Shown in pieces: positions 10,756 through 21,493 of a DNA stretch of 64,000 bases (position 1 is its first letter; each line of letters starts with the position of its first letter). Source of the stretch: an uncultured Planctomycetaceae bacterium. Its GTDB lineage: Bacteria > Planctomycetota > Planctomycetia > Planctomycetales > Planctomycetaceae. Both the position numbers and the translations under genes were made by a program. The notes below the pieces were generated by a model. The model was given only the letters and a program-made list of their open reading frames with translations. It ran no database searches and was not told the DNA's origin. The stretch spans positions 460,069-524,068 of the forward strand of contig CAWFAK010000016.1 of the NCBI GenBank assembly GCA_963813715.1. Direction: 5' to 3'.

Positions 10756-11032
10756 GTTGGCTCCACGGTGTTCGCATCGATATCTCCGCTCCGCAGTCTC
10801 CGTCGCGTTCCCGACGTCAGCTCGATTGTTGAGCAAACGCGGCCCCGATTTCCAGTCCCCTTTTAATGACGTGTGTCACGTCACTGACGAGCCCGCGCGG
10901 ACGGCTCAATTCCCGGCATCGCGATGACAAATCCGTCATACTCAATAGACAAATCGGCCCGGCTCCGCAGTCTTGTCTTCTTATTGGGCCAATTCCGCAA
11001 GCTCAGCTCCTTCAAGGGGATCAGGAAAGCAC

Positions 11033-12010
11033 ATGTCGCAGGTGACGCCGACGGCGAAGAAGATCATCGCCAACATCGAGAAAGTGGTGATCGGCAAACG
11101 GCAGGAGATCGTCCTCGCGCTCGTCGCCTATCTGTCGGAAGGGCACATTCTACTCGAGGACGTGCCCGGCGTCGCCAAAACAATTCTGGCCCGCGCTCTG
11201 GCGGCGAGCGTCGGCTGCACCTTTAAGCGGGTGCAGTGCACGCCCGACCTGTTGCCCAACGACATCACCGGCGCATCGATCTTCAATCCCAAGACGACCG
11301 AGTTCGAGTTTCGGCCCGGCCCCCTCTTCGCCCAGATCGTGCTGGCCGACGAGATCAACCGCGCCACGCCCCGCACGCAGGCGGCCCTCTTGGAAGCGAT
11401 GGCCGAGCGGCGCGTCACCAGCGACGGCACCACTTATCGTCTCGAGCCGCCGTTCCTCGTCATCGCCACGCAAAACCCGATCGACCACGAAGGGACCTTC
11501 CCGCTTCCGGAAGCCCAGCTCGATCGCTTTCTCATCCGGCTCAGCCTGGGATATCCCAGTGCTGAGGAAGAGGGCAAGCTGCTCGACATGCTGCGGCAGG
11601 AGCATCCGATCGAAAGTTTGGGAGCCGTCGTGTCGGCCGCCGACGTCCTAGCCGCCCAGCAGGCCGTCCGCGACGTCTTTGTCGATCCGAAAATTCGCGA
11701 TTACATCGTCGAGATCGTCCGCGCCACTCGCGAGCACGACGACATCGCGCTAGGCGGCAGCCCGCGGGCGTCGATTGCGCTCTGTCGAGCCGCGCAGGCG
11801 CTGGCGGCAATTCGCGGCCATGACTTTGTGTTGCCCGACGACGTCAAGCGGCTGGCGCCCGCGATCCTCGGTCATCGCCTCATCGTCCGCCCGGAGAGCC
11901 GGCTGCGCAAGGTCCGCTCGGTCGACGTCGTCCAGGAAGTCTTGGCCGAGACGTCGGTGCCGACCCTTTCGTCCGGCCAGAGCGCTTCGATAGGGACCGA
12001 CATCGCATGA
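11033..12010 (+). CDS. MoxR-family AAA+ ATPase
   Basis: HILLEDVPGVAKT, LADEINRA, ATQNP, LPEAQLDRF. Confidence 0.95.
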   Translation: MSQVTPTAKKIIANIEKVVIGKRQEIVLALVAYLSEGHILLEDVPGVAKTILARALAASVGCTFKRVQCTPDLLPNDITGASIFNPKTTEFEFRPGPLFAQIVLADEINRATPRTQAALLEAMAERRVTSDGTTYRLEPPFLVIATQNPIDHEGTFPLPEAQLDRFLIRLSLGYPSAEEEGKLLDMLRQEHPIESLGAVVSAADVLAAQQAVRDVFVDPKIRDYIVEIVRATREHDDIALGGSPRASIALCRAAQALAAIRGHDFVLPDDVKRLAPAILGHRLIVRPESRLRKVRSVDVVQEVLAETSVPTLSSGQSASIGTDIA

Positions 12011-13320
12011 GATGGTTTGCCGGCGCCCTCGCGCTCTTGCTCATCGGACTGGCGTTCCAGATGGGACTGCTCGTCTACGCGATGTACGTGTTGCTGGGCG
12101 TGATGCTGGTGAGCCGCTACCTGGCCCGCGAATGGGTCGAGAAGATCACGGCCGAGCGCGAATGCAGCCGGCCCACGGCCCAAATCGGCGAGAAGGCCGC
12201 CGTGATCGTCAACATTCGCAACACGGGCAAATTGCCGGTCCCCTGGTTGATCGCGGAAGACAGCGTGCCGCGCAGAGCGCGCTCACGCAGCGGCCGCCGC
12301 GGATCGCCATCGAGGGGAAGCGGACCAACATCCTGCAGCTGGCGGCCCAGGGCGAAAAATCGCTGCTGTACCAGGTGACGTTCCTGATGCGGGGCTTTTA
12401 TCAGACTCGGGCCGCTGCTCCTGGAGAGCGGCGACTTGTTCGGGCTCCATCGGCGGTTTCGGCTGGAAACGAAGCCACAGTTTGTGCTGGTCTTTCCCAA
12501 GATCGTTCCGCTGCGAGGCTACGACCTGGCTTCGCGTCGGCCGATCGGCGAAGTGCGGCTGACGCACCGGCTCTTCGAAGACCCGACCCGAATTGCCGGC
12601 ATCCGCGGCTACCAGCCCGGCGATCCGCTCAACCGCGTCCACTGGCGGGCGACGGCGCGGACCGGCACGCTGCACTGCAAGATCTATGAGCCGTCGTGCA
12701 TCGCGGGCGTCACGCTGCTGCTCGATTTTCACAAGTCGGTCTACACGGCCCGCCGCGAGCCTGATCGCTCGGAGCTGGCCGTGACCTTGACGGCTTCGCT
12801 AGCGAACGCCGTCTATCAACTGGGTCAGCAGGTCGGTCTCGTCACGAACGGTCGCGACGCGGCCGACCGCATCCTGCAAGAGGGTTATCGGCACGAGTTC
12901 CGCACGCGTTCGCTCGCGCTCGACACGGCCAAGATGCAAGAACAAAGCAACCGGCTGCGACCCGTGATCGTCGAAACTCGCCGCGGTCCCGAGCAGCTGT
13001 TGCAGATCCTCGAAGCCCTGGCGCGCTTGGAGCTGACCGAGGGCCTTTCGTTCGGTCAGCTGGCGATTGAAGCGGCGAGCCGCTTGCCGCGCGATGCCAC
13101 CGTCGTCGCCATCCTGCCGACGGCCGAGCCCGAGACGGCCATCGCGCTGGGCAGTCTCAAGCGACGGGGCTACGCGGTGACGGCGATCCTGGTGACGTAC
13201 GATGATGACGAGGACGCTCCGGCCAGCCTGGGCCGACTGATGGCGGAGGGAATCGACGTGCGGCGCGTCGACACCGAGGCGGCGATCGAAACCGTCTGCT
13301 CTGCCGAACTGGTGCGCTGA
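12007..13320 (+). CDS. DUF58-domain protein, frameshifts near 12275 and 12405
   Basis: IRGYQPGDPLNRVHWRATAR; ATGA overlap with the MoxR stop. Confidence 0.9.
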
Positions 13321-13346
13321 CGAACTGAGAGGCGAAATCGCTGGGA

Positions 13347-15116
13347 ATGTCGAAACGAACTCGCAAGAAAACGCTGGCCGACTATGTCGTCATTGCCATC
13401 AGTCCCGTGCTGATCATGACGCTCGTGGGCAGTCTGGCGTTCTTTCTGCTCGAACTGACCTACCACGGCCAGTTCGAGGTGCGGATGAAATGGATTTTGT
13501 TTTGGTTCGTGCTGGCCGCGGTGCTTGTGGCACGGATTGCCATCGAGCAGGGGAAGGAATACGCGAGCCTGTTCGGCCTGGTGCTGACCGCGGCCGTCGC
13601 CCTGGCCGTGGTGCGGTTGGTCGACCAGATTTTGTTGGGCTGGACCTTGCTCGGTGTCACCTGGTGGTGCACGTGGAAACTGACTTATGACTGCACGCTG
13701 ATTGACGACCGCGCAGACGCCTCAGGCGAAGGCCTGCTGCAAGTCGCCGGCCTCGACACGCCGGCCGACGCGGACGGCTCGAACGGCTCCGCGCGAGAGC
13801 GTCGCACCGTGCACGCACCGGGCAAATGGGTCGTCTACTTTTCGTTGGCCGCTTTGCCCTTGTTCGGCGCCGGTCAGTTAGTGATTCCCTCGAAGGACAC
13901 GGCGGCCCGCGCGTACGGCTTCAGCCTGGTCGGCGTCTACGTGGCGTCGGCGCTCGGCCTGCTGTTGACGACAAGTTTTCTGGGACTGCGGCGCTATTTG
14001 CGGCAACGCAAGCTGCAAATGCCGGCCGCGATGACCCGCACGTGGCTGGCCATGGGAACGGGGTTAGCGCTCGCCATCTTGTGCCTTGCGCTCTTGCTGC
14101 CGCAGCCGCAGGGGGAATATTCGGTGACCGCGCTCGTCGACAATGTTGACGCCAAACTCCGCGCGGCTTCGCGTTTTGCCGTCGTGCCCGGCGATCGGGC
14201 CAAGGGGGAAGGGCGACGAATCGGCGATCAGGATCCCAAGGCCGACAAAGCGGGCGAGTCACCGCCGCGGAATCAGCCGCCCGATCAACAGGGGAAGGCC
14301 CAGCCCGGCGACGGCGGCCGGCCGGGAAAAAACGGGGGCGGGAAGAATCCCGGCAGTCAACAGCCGGACAAAAGCGGCGGCCAGGGCGACTCCAAGGAAA
14401 AAGGCAAAGCCCAAGGCGGCGACAAGTCCGACGACAAAGGAAACAGTGGGCGCCGCGACAAGGGGCAAAATCGCGATGGCGAAAATCGTCAGCCGGCCGA
14501 TCGGCAGCAAGCAGTGCGGCCGCCGAAAGAAACGTCAAACAGCGATCAGCGCGCCACGCCGCCGCCCAGCCCTCCCTCGGGTTCAGGGTTCGGCGGCTTC
14601 CTGCAGTTCCTGGCCGCCTCGGTCAAGTGGCTGATTTACGCGGCGATCGCCGTCGCGGTCGCCTTTCTGCTGATCCGTCATTGGTCGCGCTTCATCGAGA
14701 TGCTGGCGAAATTCTGGGCCGACTTGCTCGCGGCCTTCGGCGGAAGACGCGGCGACGAGCGGGACGCGTCGGCCGAACCGGGCGCGGCGCCGCTCCCCGT
14801 CGTCCGTTTCGCGGCCTTCGAGAATCCGTTTTTCAGCGGCGCGGCAGGACGCATGCCCCCCGCACAGCTGGTGCGCTACACGTTCGAGGCGCTCGAAGCG
14901 TGGGCCCGCGAACGCGTCGTCGCCCGGCCGCCCGAGCAAACGCCGCTAGAATTCGCCCAGGAGTTGGGACGCCGCGATCCCGCGCTGGCGAAAGATGTGA
15001 CGTCGACCGCCGAGCTGTACGTGCGAGTCGCCTATGCGCGCAAGAACCCGTCGCGAGAATCGGTCGCCGTGCTGGAGCGATTGTGGCGACGGATGGGAAT
15101 GGGCACCGCGGAATGA
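13347..15116 (+). CDS. DUF4129-domain membrane protein
   Basis: Multiple TM helices, a G/K/D-rich linker and C-terminal RPPEQTPLEFA...LYVRVAY. Confidence 0.8.
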   Translation: MSKRTRKKTLADYVVIAISPVLIMTLVGSLAFFLLELTYHGQFEVRMKWILFWFVLAAVLVARIAIEQGKEYASLFGLVLTAAVALAVVRLVDQILLGWTLLGVTWWCTWKLTYDCTLIDDRADASGEGLLQVAGLDTPADADGSNGSARERRTVHAPGKWVVYFSLAALPLFGAGQLVIPSKDTAARAYGFSLVGVYVASALGLLLTTSFLGLRRYLRQRKLQMPAAMTRTWLAMGTGLALAILCLALLLPQPQGEYSVTALVDNVDAKLRAASRFAVVPGDRAKGEGRRIGDQDPKADKAGESPPRNQPPDQQGKAQPGDGGRPGKNGGGKNPGSQQPDKSGGQGDSKEKGKAQGGDKSDDKGNSGRRDKGQNRDGENRQPADRQQAVRPPKETSNSDQRATPPPSPPSGSGFGGFLQFLAASVKWLIYAAIAVAVAFLLIRHWSRFIEMLAKFWADLLAAFGGRRGDERDASAEPGAAPLPVVRFAAFENPFFSGAAGRMPPAQLVRYTFEALEAWARERVVARPPEQTPLEFAQELGRRDPALAKDVTSTAELYVRVAYARKNPSRESVAVLERLWRRMGMGTAE

Positions 15117-15168
15117 GCGGCCGGCGAGTGTGTCGCCGGGTGATGAGCCGTCAAGTGGCGGAGCTGCC

Positions 15169-15828
15169 TCAATAGATCCACGGCAGGAGTCGCCACGTCC
15201 GCGCGCGGTAGGCCTCGTACTTGGCCCCGAAGTGCGCACCGAGCAGCCGCTCCTCCGAGTGCATTCGCGCGACGAGCGCCGGAAGCATTACCACCGTCAG
15301 TAGGACGCCGACGGCCGAGCGAAACGCCAGGGCCCAGCCGGCTGACGCGATGATGAGCCCCAAATAGCTCGGATTCCGCACGAAACGAAAAGGTCCCGTC
15401 GTGACCAGCGTATGTCCGCGTTGAATGGCGACCAGGCCGCTGAAGCGGTTGCCCAAAACAAAGACGGGCCAAATCCGCAGCAGTGTCCCGAGGCCGAAGA
15501 GTGCGACGCCGATCCAGCGGAGCGTGTCGCCATCGAGCGTCCAGAATTCTTCGCGATCGGTATACGCCGGCAGATAGCCCAGCAGCAGCCCGACACCAAT
15601 AAACACGATGAGCACCCAGCGATTGGACCGATCTTCGGTCTCGCCGCGACTCAGGTTTCCGCCCGCAAAGAAGGCGACGGCCGACACGCCGGCCAGCACA
15701 ATTGCCAGTGCGACCAACGGCGGATGCGAGAAGTAGGCGTCGAACCCGCCCCAGCCGGCGACGGCCAGTCCCAGGTACGCGAGCATCCCCGCAAGAACCG
15801 ACAGTGCTCTGGCGAGCCTCTCCCGCAT
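15169..15828 (-). CDS. isoprenylcysteine carboxyl methyltransferase family protein
   Basis: HTLVTTGPFRFVRNPSYLG, EERLL...FG..YEAY. Confidence 0.92.
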   Translation of the reverse strand: MRERLARALSVLAGMLAYLGLAVAGWGGFDAYFSHPPLVALAIVLAGVSAVAFFAGGNLSRGETEDRSNRWVLIVFIGVGLLLGYLPAYTDREEFWTLDGDTLRWIGVALFGLGTLLRIWPVFVLGNRFSGLVAIQRGHTLVTTGPFRFVRNPSYLGLIIASAGWALAFRSAVGVLLTVVMLPALVARMHSEERLLGAHFGAKYEAYRARTWRLLPWIY

Positions 15829-15966
15829 GGTTTCGCTCCTTCTCTCGGGCTTGTCGTCGCCGCGCGTCGATTCGGTGGCGTCGTCGCCGACAAATCGTGA
15901 AGATGACGTTCAGGATAGGGGATAAATCCCTGAGCGACGAGAATTCAGCTGCCGAGGCGGAGAAAA

Positions 15967-16881
15967 ATGATGCGAGCGTGCGTTTCCCTATTCGTCCTCT
16001 TCACCTGGGCCGTCGCGAACCAGCAGGCGACGGCCGCCGATCCGAAACCGTTGCCGCCGACCCACGCGAACGTGCCCTACGGCCCGCACGAGCGCAACGT
16101 CCTCGACTTCTGGAAGGCGGACGGCGACGGCCCGCGGCCGTTGTTGGTCTTTATTCACGGCGGCGGTTGGGTGGGCGGCGACAAGAAGCAGAGTCCGAAC
16201 GCGATTCGGCCCTGGCTCGCCGAAGGCATTTCGTGCGCCGCGATCAACTATCGCCTGACAGGCAAGGACCCGCTGCCGGCCCCGGTCCACGACGCGGCCC
16301 GGGCCGTGCAGTTCCTCCGCTCGAAGGCGGCCGAGTGGAACATCAATCCCAATCGCATCGCGCTCACGGGCGGCAGCGCCGGCGCGTGCACGTCGATGTG
16401 GCTGTTGTTTCACGACGACCTGGCGGATCCGAAGTCGTCCGATCCCGTCCTGCGGCAGTCGACCCGCGTTTGTGCCGCCGCCGTGACCGCCGGCCAGACG
16501 TCCATCGACCCGAAGGTGATTGTCGACTGGGTCGGCCCGAACGTGCTCAAGCACGGCATGATCTGGATGGCCGTCGGCGAGAAGTCGATGGCCGACGCCC
16601 TCGCGCACTACGACCAGCACAAAGCGACCTACGCCGAGTTCTCACCCTATAACCACGTCGACGCGAAGGACCCGCCCCTCTTCATGACCTACGGCGACGA
16701 CATGACTCTCCCTTCCAAAGACGCCGGCCATGGCATCCACCACCCGATGTTCGGCGTGAAGCTGAAGGAGAAGTCCGATCGCGTGGGGCACGAATGCTAC
16801 TTGCTGATTCCAGGCACCTCGACACCCGACAAATACCCCGACGCCAAAGCGTTCCTGACGGCGAAGCTCCTCGCGCCCTAA
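15967..16881 (+). CDS. secreted alpha/beta hydrolase (esterase/lipase)
   Basis: Signal peptide; HGGGW; GGSAG nucleophile elbow. Confidence 0.9.
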   Translation: MMRACVSLFVLFTWAVANQQATAADPKPLPPTHANVPYGPHERNVLDFWKADGDGPRPLLVFIHGGGWVGGDKKQSPNAIRPWLAEGISCAAINYRLTGKDPLPAPVHDAARAVQFLRSKAAEWNINPNRIALTGGSAGACTSMWLLFHDDLADPKSSDPVLRQSTRVCAAAVTAGQTSIDPKVIVDWVGPNVLKHGMIWMAVGEKSMADALAHYDQHKATYAEFSPYNHVDAKDPPLFMTYGDDMTLPSKDAGHGIHHPMFGVKLKEKSDRVGHECYLLIPGTSTPDKYPDAKAFLTAKLLAP

Positions 16882-18274
16882 GCCGAGCGCTGACGCGCGC
16901 GCCCGCCAGACTGTCCTGAGTCTGCCGTTCGATCTTGCAGCGTCAGCCCGTCTCGCGGGCGGATGGCAATCAGCGCGTCGGGCACGACGGGCGGATGGCC
17001 GACGGGCAGCGTGAAGCGGCAACGGGGCACGATCGTCGCCAGCGCGAGCACCATCTCCATCATGGCGAACGTGTTGCCGATGCAAACGTGCGGCCCGGCG
17101 CCGAACGGGATGTAGGCGTGCTGCGGGATCGTTTCGACGCGGTCGGGGGCGAAGCGATCGGGGTCGAAACGTTCCGGCTCGGGGAAGAACCGGGGGTCGC
17201 GATGCAGAACCCACGGATAAATATTGACCCACGCCCCCTTCGGCAGCTCGTAGCCGCCGATCGTCACGCGCTGCGTCGCCACGCGGGGAATGAGCGCCCA
17301 GGTCGGCGGGTAGAGCCGCATCGACTCCTTGACCACGCGCGTCGTGTAAGCGAGCGCGGGCAAATCCGCGTACGTCGCTGCCCGGCTCTGCAGCACGCTC
17401 CGCACTTCGTCGAGCACGCGCGTCGCCACGTCGGGATGCGTGGCAAGCAGATACCAGGTCCAGGTGAATGACGACGCGGTCGTGTCGTGGCCGGCGTTGA
17501 AGAGCGTGATCGATTCGTCGCGGGCCTGCTCGTCCGTCATGCCCGTGCCGTCCCCTTCTTCGTCGACGGCCGCCAACAGCATCGACAACAGGTCGCCCCG
17601 ATCCTCGCCGCTCGCCCGCCGTTCGCGAATGATGCGGCGAATCACCCGGTCGACGACGGCGATCGCGGCGCGCTTGCGGCGATTTTCGGCCGTCGGCACC
17701 CAGATCGGCCATTGGATGATGCGGCCCGCTTGCACCGTGACGATCTCCGAGATCGCTTCGGTGGCCGCTCCCAAGGCATCCTCGGACCCGGAGATATCGG
17801 CTCCGAACAGCGTTCGCGAGACGATCGCCAGCGTCAGTCGCCGCATGGCGAACGGGACGTTGATTTCGGACTCGGCCGACCACGAGTCGACGGCTTGCCG
17901 CGCACAATCGACGATCGTCCCAGCGTAGCCGTCAAATCGCTTCGGGCTGAAGGCCGGCTGCACGAGCCGCCGCTGCCGAAGCCAAAAGTCGCCTTCGCTC
18001 AGCACGAGACCGTTGCCGTCGACGTCGCGGAGCGCTTGATGATCCGCGGCAGCTTGCGAAAGCTTTTGCCGCGGGTGATGAGCACCTCCTTCACCAGGTC
18101 GGGATGATTGGCGAAGTAGACGTGCTGCGGGCCGAGCCGGGCATGGACGAAATCGCCAAACGTCCGCGCCAGCTCGAGGGGATACTCGAGCCGCTCGGTT
18201 TGCAACCGCCGCGCGAGCGTCAGGTCGAAGAAACCATGTCGCGGGCCGGGAGGGAAACGCTTCGCGGCAGTCAC
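16878..18274 (-). CDS. cytochrome P450, frameshift near 18030
   Basis: AGHDTT, ESMR (ExxR), PERF, FGAGPHVCIG heme motif; N-terminal PPGP in the adjacent frame. Confidence 0.93.
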
Positions 18275-18360
18275 GTGTGAACTCGATGTGAATTGGCGAA
18301 AAGGACCCACCACGGATGGGGCTTCGCGATCTTGTCAGACCGACCCCACAGGCATCTTTG

Positions 18361-21280
18361 TTATTCGCGGCCGCGGTGGATTTCGGCTTTGGCGCGCAGG
18401 CCGCGATTCTCGAAGGTTAGGCCGAAGTCGATCCAACGGACATCGGCAAGCGGCGCGGGAACGTCCGGGCCGAATTTGGGTTGGCCGGGATGTCCGTAGA
18501 CGGTCGACTCCATCGTCTGATAGTCCGCGTTCCACACATATTTTCCACCACCCGGACAAACGAGGGCCGTGTGCCACACCTGCTCCTCGACGTCGACAGG
18601 GTCGCGATCCGGGTAGCGCCTCTTCCACTCGTTGAGGATGGGAAGATTCGCCCAGGCGCGGGCCTGCATCAGCGACTGATACTGGCGCGGGCCGAACGCC
18701 TGTTCCAGGAGTTCGATCGCCCGTCGATCGATCTGCAGCGCCACGCTTTTGCCGAGCCAGGGTCGCACGTCGGCCGGCCGCGAGTTCGGAGCGGGCGGTT
18801 CTTTCTTTTTGGTGTCGTGTCTGGCATTGCCGTCCGCCGCCGACTCCCGGTCCAGGGCGCGCTTGAGCAGGTCCTCGTTTAAGGTCAACGTCAAGAGACG
18901 CGGAGTCGCCGCGTAATAAATGGCGAACGACTCAGGAACCGGGAGCGACTGGCGGCCGCTCGCCGTCGGCGCGACCTTCACGTAAGGATGGCCGTGATAC
19001 TCCTGCGACGTCCAGGTGACCAGCCCCGGGGCGGTTTGCTCGATGAAGGCCCGCAGTCCAGTTAAGAAGAGCGTGAGCTTGAGGCTGTCATGCACTTCGG
19101 CGGCAATCGCGACGGGCAGGCGGTGGACATTGGCCGTGGAAAACTTTTCGACCGGATCTTCGGGCGGTTGATCGGTCGTGGCCGCGGGCCGGGCCTTGGC
19201 AGCCTGCGACAATTCGGCCCAGAACGGATCGGGATCGGCATAGATCGAAACCGAGTTCCCCAGCCAGCTCATCAGGCTGACTTTGACCGGGCCTTCCACC
19301 CAATTGTTGGCCCACTTCAGCCATTTTGATTTCGTGTTGATCGCCACGGCCAAAGCGGCGAGGGTCCCCGGGTGCGGGTCGCCGGCTGCCGGCTTCAATT
19401 CGACCCCCGACACGATCTCCACGAAGTCGCTGTAACGGCTCGAGGTGATCAACGGCATCACGGTGACATCGACGAAGAGCCGGTCCTTGCGGGTCGAGAA
19501 TTGCACCGCGATCGGGTCGAAGAACTGGCTCCAGTTCCGCTGGTAGCCTTCGCGCCACCGTTTGTAGGTGTCGGCTTCAGCCGGCGTCACCTTGGTGAAA
19601 TCGAGTTCGGCGATCGGCGTCTGGAACTCGAGCGTGCCGTAGGTCGACGAAGCAATTCCCTCGGGCGTCGCCCGCAGCGTCCCCAGCTCGGCGACGGGCC
19701 ATAAGCTATGGATGTTGTGCGGCTCGACGCTCCCGTGAACGAGATCGTCCAGGTATTCGGCCTGGTATTCCGAGAGGATGGCTGCGGCCCGTGTGCGGCG
19801 CGAGTTACCGATCCGCCACTTGGCGCCACACCAGCGGCGAATTGTTCTTGTCGCTGATGACGAGCAAGCCGCTTTCCGCGCCCCCGCGTCGGTAACGGTC
19901 TCGAAAGAAGCGATATTCCGGGAGCGCGGCGAGCGACTCCGAGCGTCCGGCCGCTGTGTCGACGATCCGCTTGAGTTGGAAGAGCGAATTCGTGACGACG
20001 AGCGTTTCGTGGCGGTCTCGATCCTGGAGAGTGGCAAGATAGGAACAGACTCTTCGATGGGGCGAGACGGAACCGGTGTATTTCGTCTCGCCGATACTCC
20101 CTTCGACCTTTTGACAATGCGAGTCGGCCTCGCGGGCAGCGGCCTGCAGTCGCTCAATCTGGTTCCGCAGCGCGGCCGCCTTGCCCGGTTTAGGCTCGAA
20201 GAGAAGGGCCACGTCGGAGCCGCTCGGCAAATAGGGGTCCGAGCCCGTGAACGCGAGACTGGCAATCATCTGATCGCCGAAGAGCCGCGTCACCGAATTG
20301 AGCGGCAGGCAGAGCTGTCGTTCATAACGGGCCCGCGTGCCGGCATCTTCCGCCCGTTCTTCGAGGATCTGCTTGATCGGCGTGCCGTCGCGATCCGCCT
20401 CGTCGATCGTCGACAGCAGAGCGTCTAAGCTCGGAAAGAAAATCGCGTGCTGGTCGGAAGGGAGGGCGCCCGCCAGGGAATCGATTTCGGGATGAATCTT
20501 CGCCACGAGCGGCCGCCAGTCCATCTCCGCGACGCTGATTCCTGGAAGCGAAGCGAGTTCGACCGTCGCCTGGCCGGGCTGCGTCGAGGGCATCAATCGA
20601 TTGAGCTGCAGGCTTTCAGACAGCGCGCGCCCGCCGGAGAAGACATCCAGCGTTTCGGCAAATTCGCTCTGGCGGGTCTCATCGGGCGCAGACGGGTTGA
20701 CCACGGGAGCCTCGGAAAGGCTCTTGCCCGAGAGGGTCGCCCGGGCTCCAAGGGCTTGGAAGCGGAACCAGGCGGCACCCGGAAGGCGACGGTCGGCGAG
20801 CCATTGATCGTGTTGCGCCTTCGCCTCGTAAAAGGTGGTGCGTTTCTTCGGATCAGCCGCATTCTTGGGCGCGGCGAAGCGGACCTTGTGCAGCTGGGTG
20901 CGACGGGCGTCCGGAACGTAGAGCGTGCCGGCGACGTCCGAGCCAGCCGCGGCTCGAATGCAAACGCTCGGCGCGGAACCGTGCGTGCGACTGAGCTCGA
21001 ATCCTCCATAGGAGGCGTCCATCCCGGTCACGTAGATTTCGCCGGGCCCGTCGAGCACGGCATACGCACCCAAGTAGTCGCGGACCGCGCTGTTGCCGCC
21101 CCAATAGGCGTACTGGGAATCATCCGTCTCGAGCTTGGGAAGCGTCCCCTGCGTGATTTTCAATTCGCGGAGGGGGATCTCGAAATAAGCGTCCTCCGCG
21201 CGAGCCGCCCCCGACCAGACGAGCAGCCCGATGATCCCCGCAAACCGCGCAACACGGCGCTTCCAGGACACGGTCGACAT
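18361..21280 (-). CDS. large exported hypothetical protein, frameshift near 19820
   Basis: Signal peptide (ARA-E); ORFs 19805..21301 and 18361..20265 join; C-terminal CPGGGKY motif. Confidence 0.7.
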
Positions 21281-21493
21281 ACGTCGCCCTCCCAAGGTCA
21301 TTCGGTCATGGTGCTCTGTCGTCGTGCCGCAACCGTCAGTCGGAGCTTGAAATCGACGGCGCTCCGGGCCGTTGAAATCGCCCCTGCCGCTAATGACAAA
21401 CGAAGCGCGAAGCCCCTCCGCTCGAACGGAATTGCTGGCTTTGGACTTGGATCATCGGAGCTGAATCCGACTGGCGGGCATCGTTCTTCCCGC

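Noticed and set aside
15114..15145. GAGCGGCCGGCGA-GTGTG-TCGCCGGGTG hairpin as another GGCGAGC-family copy
   Set aside because: Stem and loop lengths do not fit the 29-nt consensus; it may simply be a hairpin between convergent genes.
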